The notes under the pieces were generated by a model. It was not told the DNA's origin. It did no database searches and worked only from the letters and a program-made list of their open reading frames with translations. 64,000 nucleotides of DNA from Lingula anatina. Taxonomy: Eukaryota; Animalia; Brachiopoda. This document shows, in pieces, positions 13,666 to 26,272 of this stretch; the first letter of the stretch is position 1; every line of letters starts with the position of its first letter. Position numbers and translations under genes: made by a program. The stretch is taken from the NCBI GenBank assembly GCA_051362555.1, contig CM120640.1:50508788-50572787 (forward strand), written 5' to 3'.

Positions 13666-14842
13666 TATAGGTCCGCCATATTTAGGTCGTGGCCTAGCTA
13701 GGACTCGGCTTTCCTCATTCTGAATGGCCTCTTAGGGCCAAATCTGGTTTAAGTCATTGAAAAATTTCTGTACAAATTCTCCCGAGGTATTAAATTGAGA
13801 AGAATATGTAAAAGTTATAATGCGTCTTTATAATATGCCTTTCTTCTTGTGAAAGGCTCATTTTCTGGACAAAAATCCATATCTTATCAATGCTGTGTTG
13901 CACATTGGCAGAGCTACCATGGTGCTAATAGAAAGGAGAACAGACATTCTTGAGAACTAGTAATGTCTGTCTAGAATATGAATATTCATTGACAAAATGA
14001 TAAGCAAAAATTACAGATGTAATAAGAATAACTGTTCATTTTAAAAACTATATATTGATGTAGACTGACATTATAGGCAACTGCCGTACAACGTATTTGA
14101 CTAAGTATCTTTTGCTGACTGCTGCTAATCATAATCAAATTCTTATTAAAATAAGAAGAAAAAAACGAAATTCAAATCAACTGATTCAAACTAGTTGCAT
14201 TCTGCCATAAATGTATTCTTATCGTAGTTTAAGTGCGGACTGAGTAACCCAAATAGCTCTTTAGAGATTTAAACCAATTAGAAACAAAGTGCATTTTGTA
14301 AGCAATCCCGTGAATGGGTTCCTTTATTGGACAGAAACCATCTAAAGGTGGATTTTGAACGTTACACATTTTTCAATTGACTCTGATTCTTTTGACCTTA
14401 CTGATGCTCCCAAATGCATTAAATTCTTGGTGTTTATTTCTGGGAATTGTCAGGTCGTTTTTGTTTGTTTGGGTGGTAGCTACCCATCAGAGGAATGAGA
14501 TTAGATTAATCTGACTTACAAAACTGAAGTACAAAATTTATTGGCATCATTGAAACTGCCCGGGCATCGCTGGCAAACAATCATGTAGTGAAATATTGCC
14601 CGGGATTTCGGATGGAAAAATATTAACGGTCATCGATCATTTTACGTTTGGAAAGACTAATGCCATGAACAAGCTTGCTGCACATTATTTTACAGGTGCA
14701 GGCAGCCGACAGTGAAAGAGGTTCATCAGTCAATAGGAGTCTCGAACAGCGACTGACCTATATTACGTGAAAGAAGGTAAACTCTAATATGCAACCAAGA
14801 GCAGAATTAGTCGTGCTTTTCTTACATGCTTTTAAACTAAAA

Positions 14843-15751
14843 TACTTACTTACGCCAACTGACCCTCTTGAGGCAAAGGCCACCTCCAGGTCCCTCCATC
14901 CCTATTCTGGGCTCTCCTCTCTTGTTGGTCTCTTAGTATTATTTCAGCCTCCAACTCTCTTCTCTAGGTGTTTCGCAGCCTTCCCCTCTTCCTATATTCT
15001 GGTATTTTTCATTGCAGGACTTTAATCATAAGTGACAAGTCATTTAGTTCCCATATATTCTTAAGTCCGTTAGGTTGCATGAAAGCCCCTGTTCTAGTTT
15101 TCACATTGGCCTCACTTTCCCTGTGTTATCTACGATACTACGCGTACATAAATACGTTTTGAATGAAATATTACCCACTGGTTTTGCGTTTGTATTTGTA
15201 TTATTTATCCTAAAACTTGTATTAAGCATTTTTATTTGTTGCTGGTTATGAGATATCAATTGTAAACCATCTGCCTAACCTAGATCGTTTACCTGTTCCC
15301 AGAATGTTCACTGTAAATCATAACTTGTTTCTGATGATGATGATTTTATATTCAATGACTAGTAGAAACAAAAATCTGGATACTAGGCAACCTTGATTCA
15401 CTCCTGTCCGTGCGATAATGCTTTTGTAAGCTGACTAACATGAATAATTATGCGTGTTAGCCCTTCATATGAGTTCCTATGATGCAAGCCAGCTTTTCGG
15501 TAATCCATAGCGTCTTAAAAGTTTCTAATGGGTGTTTCTGGTCAGGATATCAAAAGCTTTTTGAAGTAAAAAAATTAATATATACATTTGATTGCTCAGT
15601 TCTTATTATTAAAGTTGCGACTTGTTCTATAGTTGATATATTCTTTCCACACCATATGTCCCTGCATCTTTCTTTCTGTTTAATAAAACCCCATTGAAAA
15701 CTTTTCCAGCAATGTTGTTGCCCAATAATAGATACATTGGGTCTCTTTCTT
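14843..15751 (-). mobile_element. Degraded RTE-clade non-LTR retrotransposon (RT fragment plus 3' end)
   Basis: Minus-strand frameshifted peptides GKVFNGVLLNRKKDA, EQVATLIIRTEQS, F.KAFD...KLLRRYGLP..L..II.NSYEG and RTGVNQGCLVSRFLFLLVIE. The 3' end reads GGLC..RG..(TAAG)n at about 14843-14900. Confidence 0.8.
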
Positions 15752-18700
15752 TGGTTATGAGATATCAATTGTAAACCATCTGCCTCACCAAGAGGGACCT
15801 AATCCTTTATTAAAAAGTGGGTATGACAGGTCGACTGTTGTCATTATACAAACGTTTTATTGAAAGTTTCAATGCCATTGCGAATATATATGTATATAAT
15901 GAATAAGAGTGATGTCTAGTGGTCCAGACCTGTGACATTTAACCTATTTTTTGTCATCACACAAGCAAAATTATGGTCCATGAAAAATGGCACAGTTTTT
16001 GAAAAAGATTCATAAAAGAAAACCTGCACAAAGAACGTTTATAGATCGTTCCCACTTTGTGCGCTATTCTGCAAAACGCATACAAGTACCATGCGATTGT
16101 CAGACTGTATTACCTGCGAAAAAGTTAAGTCCGCTTCAGTTTCGTTTTCTCCACTTACTCAATATTTACAACTGAAAGCTTGTTAAACATACTGTGCATT
16201 AAAAACTGTGGCATTGACTTTGATTTATTTCTGTAAGCAATTATTTGTAATTTTTAATTATCTTCATTGCTGGGTAATGACATGTAGGTAACAGCTACAT
16301 AAACAGGGTCAGTGTGTTGATACAGATGCATTTATCAGATGCTCCCCCATTTTCTTTTTGTTTTGAAAGAAATCAAACAATCCTCTTTTGCTCCAGTCGA
16401 TATTCGTCAAAATGGCACAATATATTGTGTTCTGCATTCATCATGTGTCCGTCACCTCCATTTCCTCTATTTCCTTTCTGCTTTTTCTTCTATAGGTCTT
16501 TGATTTTAAAATCTCTCCTCTGGTTGCATTCTAACACTTGCAAGTTTGTTTGGTCTTTCTCCAAACGGCAAGAACAAACATGTTTTACGATCTTTTTTGT
16601 ACATTTCATGTAGCATGTGACAAAGGGTTACGTTAACTGTAATTACTATTGCATTAACGTCAATGAGACAAGTATTACTCGGCCAAGACCCTTTCATCTT
16701 TTTATACAAAACAGTGACGCACGCTTGGTGAGCGTACTGTTAAGTACGTCACAAAACCTTTAAATTAGAAACCGATCAATGAAACCCAGTACATGCGTTT
16801 TTTATAATCTTCCGTAAATACGAAGATGTAATACAATGCGTTGACTGAATTGACTGTCGTCTCTGCTATTGTGCATAAACTGTTGACCTTTCTGTCTCAT
16901 ATTAACTTATCTGCACATTTCACAGAGACGCAAAAGACAAGTTATTAGTAAAACAGACACTGATAAGATAACGCGACACCAGGATAGAAATTGCAATTAT
17001 AATCTTTGACTTTGCCAGGTTGCTGGAAACAAAGAATAGGTTTCATATGAAATAGGAGCTGCTAAAGTGGATGAACTAGAAAGAAATAAGGTAAGAGGCA
17101 GGGAGATATCAGGGTGTTATATTTTGCATATGCCACCCATTTTTCGGATTGTCAATGTTTTATATCGAAACTTCTACACGACGTCACAGTGTGATGCACA
17201 TAGACCCTACAACTACCAAACCCAGCTCTGAAAGAAAGCACTGCTTTGGTCCATATAGAACATACAGGTAACGTGGTACATGATCCATGGTCACAATTTT
17301 ATGTTGTCAGTGTCCTGAATGGCCAGTAATATTGATTTTCAAAATATCAGGTACCCGGGTGTTGACATTGTGTACCGCCTCCAGATTTCCTCCGTTTGGG
17401 CGAACCAGCGTGTTTTAGGACATCACATATATGCGCTGAAGCGCACGTATTATTGCCACAAACCTTTTGCCTATGTTTTCTGTTTCTCGCCTACACATTT
17501 TAACCTTGGGCCAGTGTGCTAAAGGGTGGATATAAATGAGGTTATCGATAATTGACCCACACGGGGTCCATATGATATTGGACCTTTGACAGCCTCCTAG
17601 ATTAACGACCACATCATTTTATTTCCGAAGATTCAGTATGCCATTTGTATATCTTATCCGTCACTGCCTCGAGGTGTTTTAATAAAATAACCACTGGTCT
17701 TCCGTTAAGTCGATCCATAACAGCATGAGACACTATTATTATAAATTTTCTGCGTTCTGTGCTTACTATGGGCGATAAATAAATACAAATATAAACCTAA
17801 TTAGTTTAAACCGAAAGCATTCCTTCCTGGCAATGATAGTAAGTACGAAATTGTGACGAGGGAGACTCGTTATCCCCGGAGATTTCTGAATGTGAGCGCC
17901 GCTGAATTATTAATAAAGGATAGACCATTCTTCTGAAACTTTTAATTTCCTTGCAGGTTTGATAATATTTCTGCTGCACCCAATACCCGAAGGAAAAAGT
18001 GAGTTCTTGAGGCTGTAACCGTTGTTCATGGACATCTAAAAGATTCATGTTCTAAGTCAATACTTGTGAGTGGGTTGTCACAGAGCAACATATGTGTAGT
18101 ATACCTGGACGTGGTAATTGTTTGCGCTGCCCATCAAGTGACTTACGTAGGCCTATGCCGATAAAACGGTTTTAGCAAAGACAGCTAAGAATTTCATCCC
18201 GTTCAAAAGTAGCATGTCACGAAGATTCTAAGAGGCAACTTCTTTCGTATTTTTCGTTTGACCCTTAGAGCAAATTGTTATTGTCTTAAATATGATTATT
18301 ACAATGTTATCTGCAATGATTGTTGGTGAATCGTTCGAAAAACACTTAGGTCATTTATTGCACGTGAATGATTGGACCACCAACTTTTAGACCATTGTAA
18401 GAACACTGTTAGACGAGAAAAGGTAGTCTACTTTTAAACAAAGTCTACTTTTTGCAAAACATGCACTTGATAACTCGTGTTTTTACAAGGTACTTGGTGC
18501 TCATGACTTGAGAACTATAAAATCAACGTACAAACTGCTTTCACACAGAGAGACAATTAACTGTGCAGTTCGTCGGGCGCAAAGTAACGTGTCATAATTT
18601 TTATTTATCGCAATTAGATATGATAGATAGGCGAAAGCAAACTGGCTTGGGAATATGTACGCCCTGTCATCCTCTGAAATATGACAATCTTAACCGAGCC

Positions 18701-20064
18701 ACAAAAAATATATATTGTCTTAAAGCTGCACCAGCAAAAATGTTTTGCCAAATTTATCGTTCATGAATATATCCTCATTTGGAATAGCCCAAGTTTGATT
18801 TGGGAACTTAAAATTAGCCCCTCTCTCTTGAAAAATCTCGAACTCCCCTACGTTTAATTCAAATTTTACGATTAAGGAATGAAATGGAATGCATTGCATT
18901 GAAGTACAGCACATTCATCATTCATATTGGCTATGGAAGTCTCTGTTGATGAAATTAAATCCTTGTTTAATATGATTAATTTCGACTTCATGCGTAATTG
19001 AGGAATGCAGAATGGCAAATCAGAGAAAAATTAATGTGCAAGAACGAACAGTAAGTTACTTCTCTTCAAGAAGCATCTTAAATATGCAGTGCTACACCGA
19101 TTCCCGTGATACAATCTAGAATTACTTGAATTAACCCACAGTGGTTCTACCAATTGACCAAAGGCAAATTATTCACGGAATCTTTGAATATAATCCCTTC
19201 TGACTGCTTTATTAATAGTGGCAATGGAAGCAGATTACTAATTGCTTTGATCAAATTAGCGATAATGTTGAGTAAATAATTGCACTGGGCGTAGATCTAA
19301 ATAACAATCTCTGGTATACTTTTTACAGATCGAAATGGCACATTAGTTATCCCTTGGACCACACTATCTTCTGCTAACAGCTAATACAGTCACATTAGAA
19401 CCGTGTAATTAACTTGTCTGAAATGAGAGGGCATGTGTCATTCTTAGATAATCTTCTCTAATGGAAGTGGTGTCGTTTTTTGCGTTAAGATGGGCGGTGC
19501 CACACGGGGTATATTTGCTTATACTTTCGAGACTTGACATCTTTGATGGGGTAATGTGTTTAAACCAACAATTTTTTTATGATTTGCCATTTTGGTGAGA
19601 CAGCTGCGGTACTTGTTATTTTGGTTATATTTGTTTGAATTGAACACTTCCATTTCTTTATTCAATTACGACTATAATGAAATATGCAATTTCGTTAAAA
19701 TAGAAAAGCCACTTAAAAGATTTTCCGTTCATTCCTTACAAAAGTCTATAATATACAATGCGAACATGATTTGCAAATCTATACAATGTACTTTGTTTCC
19801 AAACCCCGACGCACAATTGATATGATCACGCAGTGTATGATCGATCGAACGTCACGTAAAAGCCGTTAGAAGAGTTGACATTTATGTGAACATTATAATG
19901 CAGTTGACGTAAGCTTGTTTAAGCTGAAGAAGCAATTACACCTGGTCTGTATTTCTAGACACGAAAATCTGGCATCGCTTTTTATTGCTCGGGATCCAAA
20001 TGTAGATCGTTGTCAAAGCTTATGATAAGGCAATACAGGCTTTTCTTTGCCTCTTCACTTTCAG

Positions 20065-21744
20065 ATGAGTTTTGCAGCAATCAATGCGTCCAGTCGCATG
20101 GGCGGACACCACGGTTACAATGTGTGCCATGGTTCAATATGGACAAACTCGCCACCAGCCAAAGCACGCAAGCAACGCTCATACGATTCCACAGGGCTAC
20201 CGGAGCGTCCCAAGCCGAAAAAGGAGAAGAGCACAGACTCGACATCTTCGAGAGGTAGCGGATTTCGAAAACAAGATTCCACATCTTCTGAGCATGACAC
20301 CAGAGTGCGACCAAAGTTGAAAAAAGAGAAAACCCAAGAAGGCAGCTCTCATGAAGATTTGAATGACCAAACTTTAGAGGGAGAGAAGGCAGATAGAAGG
20401 TACGTTCTTAAGGTGTATCTAGTGTTACGTCCTAATTGTATGGCTGAATTGTAATCATCTCCGATACCTTTATTTTTCAGATTAACCAGTGAGTCTTTTA
20501 GCGAAAGTTTTTTTGCACATCAGTTTATTTAGTTTATTAAGTCTAAATTGATATAAGACAAAGTATTCGTAGTAAGTAAAATTTTTCAAACATGCAAGTC
20601 GTTGCACAAAAAGGAAGAAACGAGTCTTGGCATGCCCTTGCCCTTTAACGTTAACGCTGCCTTCAAAATTCAGTTAACTTTCTTATTAATACCGGACTTT
20701 TCGAGAAACAAGACATGACATGTTCTCCCGAATGGTCCAAATTGCATACGTTTTAACTTTTTCCCCTGAGACAGAAACAAGACGGCAGAAGACATGTACA
20801 CGAAGCTTACACATGGCTCTATACAATATCACTGTATACAGGTACTTTCTCCAGCCAAGGCATAGTATGTTGCTCAATTCTTTGACAAAAACAAATTATT
20901 AAAAGCAAATCACTTTTGAAAAAGCAACATTAGACGTTTTTAATTTTTTCCAAGTCTTTCAGACATGTTGGGCTTAATTTAGTTTCACTTGACATTTTAT
21001 CTTTGGCAATCTTGAATAAAGAAACTCATTTTGTCATCAATAGGCCTATATTACATATATTGTGACTACATTGTGAAGTGCCTCTTTCTTCACTAAGCAT
21101 GGCACTGCTGCAGCATAATGCAGTTTGTATGAACAGTTAAACAATGGGAAGAAATAAAAGGAAAATAACAACAGTAATAAACCGTCCATAGAATATCTTC
21201 CTCAAAAAACGACGAACCATTATTGGTCATATATTGCTTCAGTTCCGGAATAGACTCGTTGCAACCTAGCTCCTATACCAACTCTGATAAGACAGTAGCA
21301 TTATTAAATTCACGCCGGCTTTTCCTGGTGCTCGAAGATAGTTTCGTTATGAAATGATATGGCAATATGTTATATAAACTTGGCCAGAAGACTGCCGTTG
21401 ACAGTGTTAACCTACTGACGTGCTAACATATATTTTGTTGCTGATCAAAGGCCCTTGTTCAATGTAGTGGATGCGGTTATTAGTTTTGTCACTCACAAGT
21501 AGACTTCTAGATATGAAAACGATATGATACCGAAATAGCAGGAGCTTTTTTTCCGTTTTGGATTGAAAGCTTTGCCCAATCATTGAGTCTTATTTTCTGC
21601 AAATTTCTTTTCAGTGACGAGAAGAAAGGACAGAAGAAAAAGTCCAAGAAGTCGAAGACAACCCACTGCATTATAACGATTGTAGCATTCACAACGTTCG
21701 GACTAAGTTTCCTTGGATCCATATCAGGCATCGGATGGGTTTGA
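20065..21744 (+). CDS. Unrecognised small protein, exons 20065-20399 and 21615-21744 (possible 8-nt microexon 20481-20488)
   Basis: Strong acceptor TTTCAG|ATG at 20064, a 335-nt open exon, donor AG|GTACGT and acceptor TTTTCAG at 21614. Direct splicing is in frame and gives 154 aa, K/S/R/E-rich, ending KKKSKKSKTTHCIITIVAFTTFGLSFLGSISGIGWV. No family recognised. Confidence 0.6.
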
Positions 21745-22138
21745 AATTATTAGCCATTAAAACTTTTTTACTGGGGTTCAAAGAGCCAGACGATGGTCGT
21801 AAGAGAACAAGTGGAACTGAAAGGAACATTTCACACTTCTAAATATGGCAACGTCAAGTTCAGACAGTTTGTTTTGTTTTCAGATTTTAAGTGTGACTTT
21901 CCTTTGGAAGTCGTATGTGCAACGCCAATTAAAGGTGTTATGCTAGTAGGTGAATGAATTGTCACATGGCCGATCATCTATTGACTGCAAACAACAGACT
22001 TGCCTTATGCATTAAAGTACATAAGACAATTCAGTTATACATATTTCTTTTCTTCCCTGGCCAGTCTGTAATAACTAGTGATGCAAAGAGGGAAACCTAG
22101 AGGCAGGCTGGCGATTAACAATATTTTATGGAAATGAA

Positions 22139-22347
22139 GTAATTTTTTCTTTAATCAACAGCTTAATATTGAAATAATTTACCTCCAATATTTCGATGTC
22201 TAGATGTCTAACAGAGCATCTTCATAAGAGAATGAGGCAATCCAGGCGAACGGCCTCTATTCAGGGTATATAATGCTTCTGTCAGACATCGAAATATTGG
22301 AGGTTAATTACTTTAATATTAAACTGTTGATTGAAGAAAAAAATTAC
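22139..22347. repeat. Degenerate foldback/MITE, arms of ~65-75 bp
   Basis: GTAATTTTTTCTTTAATCAACAG...CCTCCAATATTTCGATGTCT is mirrored by AGACATCGAAATATTGGAGG...CTGTTGATTGAAGAAAAAAATTAC. Confidence 0.8.
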
Positions 22348-25300
22348 CCTATTCTTATAACATAACACAGCTGATGAAATTTTCTTATGTATATGGAAAG
22401 CTAAATAAGATGCTTTAGTATAGGCATGATCATAATTCACATAAAACATATAAATTACACCAATAAGAAAATGAAGTGAAATTACAAAGAAATAGAAAAT
22501 AATCAACAAGTTTAAGTGAAACACAAAATGAACCTATCTGTTAAATGAGGTAGCACGCAAATACATTACGAAAGATACATGGAGTTTTATAAACGATATG
22601 TCATTGTTTCTATAATAAAAAGGACCAATCAACATGTAAATTATAATTACGATATATAACGTTACATATCAAGTAAATAAGCTTTATATATATTTGTATA
22701 TACCACACTGGTTTTACACTGGCGTATCTATGTTTTTGTTTTACGGAGGAGAGGGGAGCGGGAAGCGGGGCGCAAGGATAGGGATTTTTGACTCGCTTCG
22801 CTCTTCAAATATAAAATAGCAGACAGAGAAAGTCTTACTGTATTATATAGATATATTTAGCAAAGGGAAATAGTTTTGACTTTGTCTCGTTTGGGAGAAG
22901 GGTATACCTCCTACTTCCTTTGGCTGCACATCCTGACGCAACACGCGGACAGCTGATCGCTGGGTTTGCAGGAAGTTACTTCGTTATTGTTACCGACGAA
23001 AAAAACCTGAAAACGTTTCATATTGCTTTAGTGAAATTCATAACTTCATTAATCCAAAACTTCAAACTACTCATATTAGTTTGGCAACACTTCCTCCAAT
23101 TGCTCAAAAAAATTCGAACTGATCTTACGAACGATTGCCATCTTTAATGCAGAAAACGTAAGCGGATGGGAAATCAATTGAATAAGCTAAAAGATGTATG
23201 TTTCACAAGCTAGTCATAATTCTTTATCTCGATATGCTTCAAATCATCAAATAGCGTGTGCAAATTATTGACAAAGTCGGGCAAAACATCTGTTGATGTT
23301 TTCATATATATATATATATATATATGCTTTATTCATACTTTCTGCACCAGACTGAGCTGGTAATATGTACAATAATAATGATGATAATAATAAAATACAT
23401 AGTTGAATATCATCAAAATTACATATATAGAAATGTACCATTATTATACATACATATTCAGTATTTCATAATCATAAGCTACATGTAGGTGCGGTCTTAA
23501 TGCCGAGTCAACTGCTTACAGCACTGATCATACGCTAGCATCATGACACACTTCAAGTATTGTATACATGACTAAGATTTAGATATTAATTATGCACAAG
23601 CCTGTTTTCTACTATGTGAAACAAACCTTCATATTCATAGTAATTTTTTATACATCACAAAGTGGAAGATATCAGTTCATATCAGTTGCATAAAATCCAA
23701 TGATTAGTAATCCCAGACTGTAGTAATCTCCTTCCAAAGCACATTTATTAATTATAATCTCTTTTAGCGAGGTCACATTTGCATCCGGATGTAAATACAG
23801 GTTAATTCAAAGGATATTTTAATTATATCATTTTTACTAATTCATTTGTCTCGCAAAGATTCGACATTCGAGGAATTTGAACGCCAATTAACTTTTAAAT
23901 ATTCTAAAAACAATTCAACACGCGCACGCGTTTAAGAAGTCAACACATATATGTAGAGATGGCGTTATGGAAAATGCTTACAAGCCATAGTCTAACTCAA
24001 CTAGAGGGGAAACGCGTTGTCAGTTTGGTTACCATTAACGTATATCTCATGTGCCTGCTAAATAAAAATAAAATCCTTGGCTGACAGTCGACGCAATCAT
24101 TTGAGTATTAATACTGAAGATAGTTATTGCTTTTATAATCTGTTTGACAGCAGACAGATTTCCCTACATTATGTCCTCTGGTCTATAGATCACTCCGGCA
24201 AAGTGTTTGTCCGTGTTTGCTTGCCTTGTAGTAACCTTGACTGCAGAATGCAATAGATAATAATTTGCATAGCGTATTATCTTGTCAAGAATCACTTTCT
24301 GTGATCAATGCTTTGTACTTTGTAAGTGCTACGTGTGGGTTTAACATTTATTTGCTCTTAGGCCATATCGCAACCAGAAAAAAAATGACACATCCCCATA
24401 TCATTTTAGCGTTTCAAAACTGTACGCTTGGTGTCATGGTTAAGAGATCCTCGAATTTTACAGCATTCACTTCGAATACCAGTTTTTTAATAAGTAAAGC
24501 AAGTAAATTCAAAATGAGCAGTATTTAAAATATGGTGTAAACAAGTAGAACTAGAAGACCATCTGCTTAATACACAAGTATTAGCTATTTAAAAAGAAGT
24601 CATGCAAATTTAAAATGAATAAATCTTTATGAAGGGCCCCTTTCAATATGCCCTTGAACAAGGGTATATCTACTACGCAAAAGCGTTCAATTTGATTAAG
24701 ACCGGACCTTTTCTCATCAGCCCAAAAGGGCAATTCGTTCGCCCCCTACCCCCCAACCCACCCACACACAAAAGAAGAAAAAGTTTTCAGAAGTGACAGA
24801 CATAAAATATTTGTATTAGGCTGATAGCAAATAGACAGCAAAGCTTACAAATATACAGACACCAAACAGAAAAAATATCTGTAACAATATTAAAAGTAGT
24901 AATGGATAAAAATAATAATAAACACTTACGTAAATTTGTAACAAATAATCTGATCATACTTATTTGATAAAGGAATCTGCCTTTCTGCCAGCTAAGCCAT
25001 TCAGCGAATATTAAATGAAAATATGGTTGCACAGCACTTATGGGGCAAATGTCACTAAAAGCATGAAACAAACAGACAAAAAATCATTAACTTTTGTCAT
25101 TTATGTAACAAAAAAATACGGTTTGGCAGTTATAGATAGGAGCTGATGGTTTGGACGGCAACGGCACAGACAGACACACTGATCAGAGTATACAAGTATA
25201 TGGGACCGCATAAAATCCATAGTCAAGGCAATAACAATTTACTCAAGGGAGTTGCTTGAAAGAATAAAAACACCAGATAAGCAGTCTTCTATATCTTTTT

Positions 25301-26272
25301 GGTGGAGTGCAATGTAAGCAGCATGTCTCTGTATGCCAGATATAAACCACCAAAAATGGCATTTTTTTGTGACATGAACCCAAAGGGCTCGGTATACTGG
25401 GCCCTAAATGCATAGTAGGTTTTTCCTTAAAAAAAAAAAACAAAAAAACATTGTGTTTGCAAACATGGTCAAAAACCACTATGAAATTAGGTAATTTACA
25501 AACAATTATTTTTTGACAAACATGGCTACAATAACGAGTTTTGTTTTCATTACTTTATTTATTGAAGTGATCTTAACAGTCAGTTGATAAGCTGGTCATG
25601 GTGAAAAGATATCATCTTCACAATTGTTTATTTTTTCCAGTAAAGAGTAGAACAATATGCATTTCCTGCTACAATGTATATTGCTGTTCTCAATTTACCT
25701 GTAGATGCTGAACTTCATATATAATTATTATTTTATCAGGAAAAGCCACCCATACCACTGATGGATACATACCCTCTGTATACACTGTTTAAGATCTTTT
25801 GTAATAAAATGTTTTCTTAGATAAATCTTCTTTTATAATAAAATGGTTTTCTTAAAACTGAGCATCCTCCAAAGGTATATGTATCAAAATTTGGGGCATC
25901 AATCCTTTGGTTATTTTTTAAGAAGTATCTATTGGAAATTTGTTTACCAACATCAAATATCCAATGAATAAAGATGGATCTGACCAAATACTGTTGTTAC
26001 CACATACATGTATCTCTAACACTGACACTCCTAATAAACTACCACATCCCATGCATCCATTTTATGGTGCCCAGTTTCATTAAGGTCTTCTATCAGTTCA
26101 TGTGCAGATTTTTCATTTCTAAGTAGAAGACTATTTTAATATGGTGACTGCAGACTTGAACTGTGTTCCTAAAGTGTTTAATGTTATACAATGTGGCATG
26201 TATTGTGATAAACATATTCTTTTAAGTTAAACAGAAACATTTCCCTTATTCAATAGCAGATAGATGCTGGTT

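Noticed and set aside
21622-21681. KRAS4B-like polybasic CaaX end (KKSKKSKTTHCIIT)
   Set aside because: No stop follows CIIT, so it is not a terminal CaaX box, and no GTPase exons are seen upstream.
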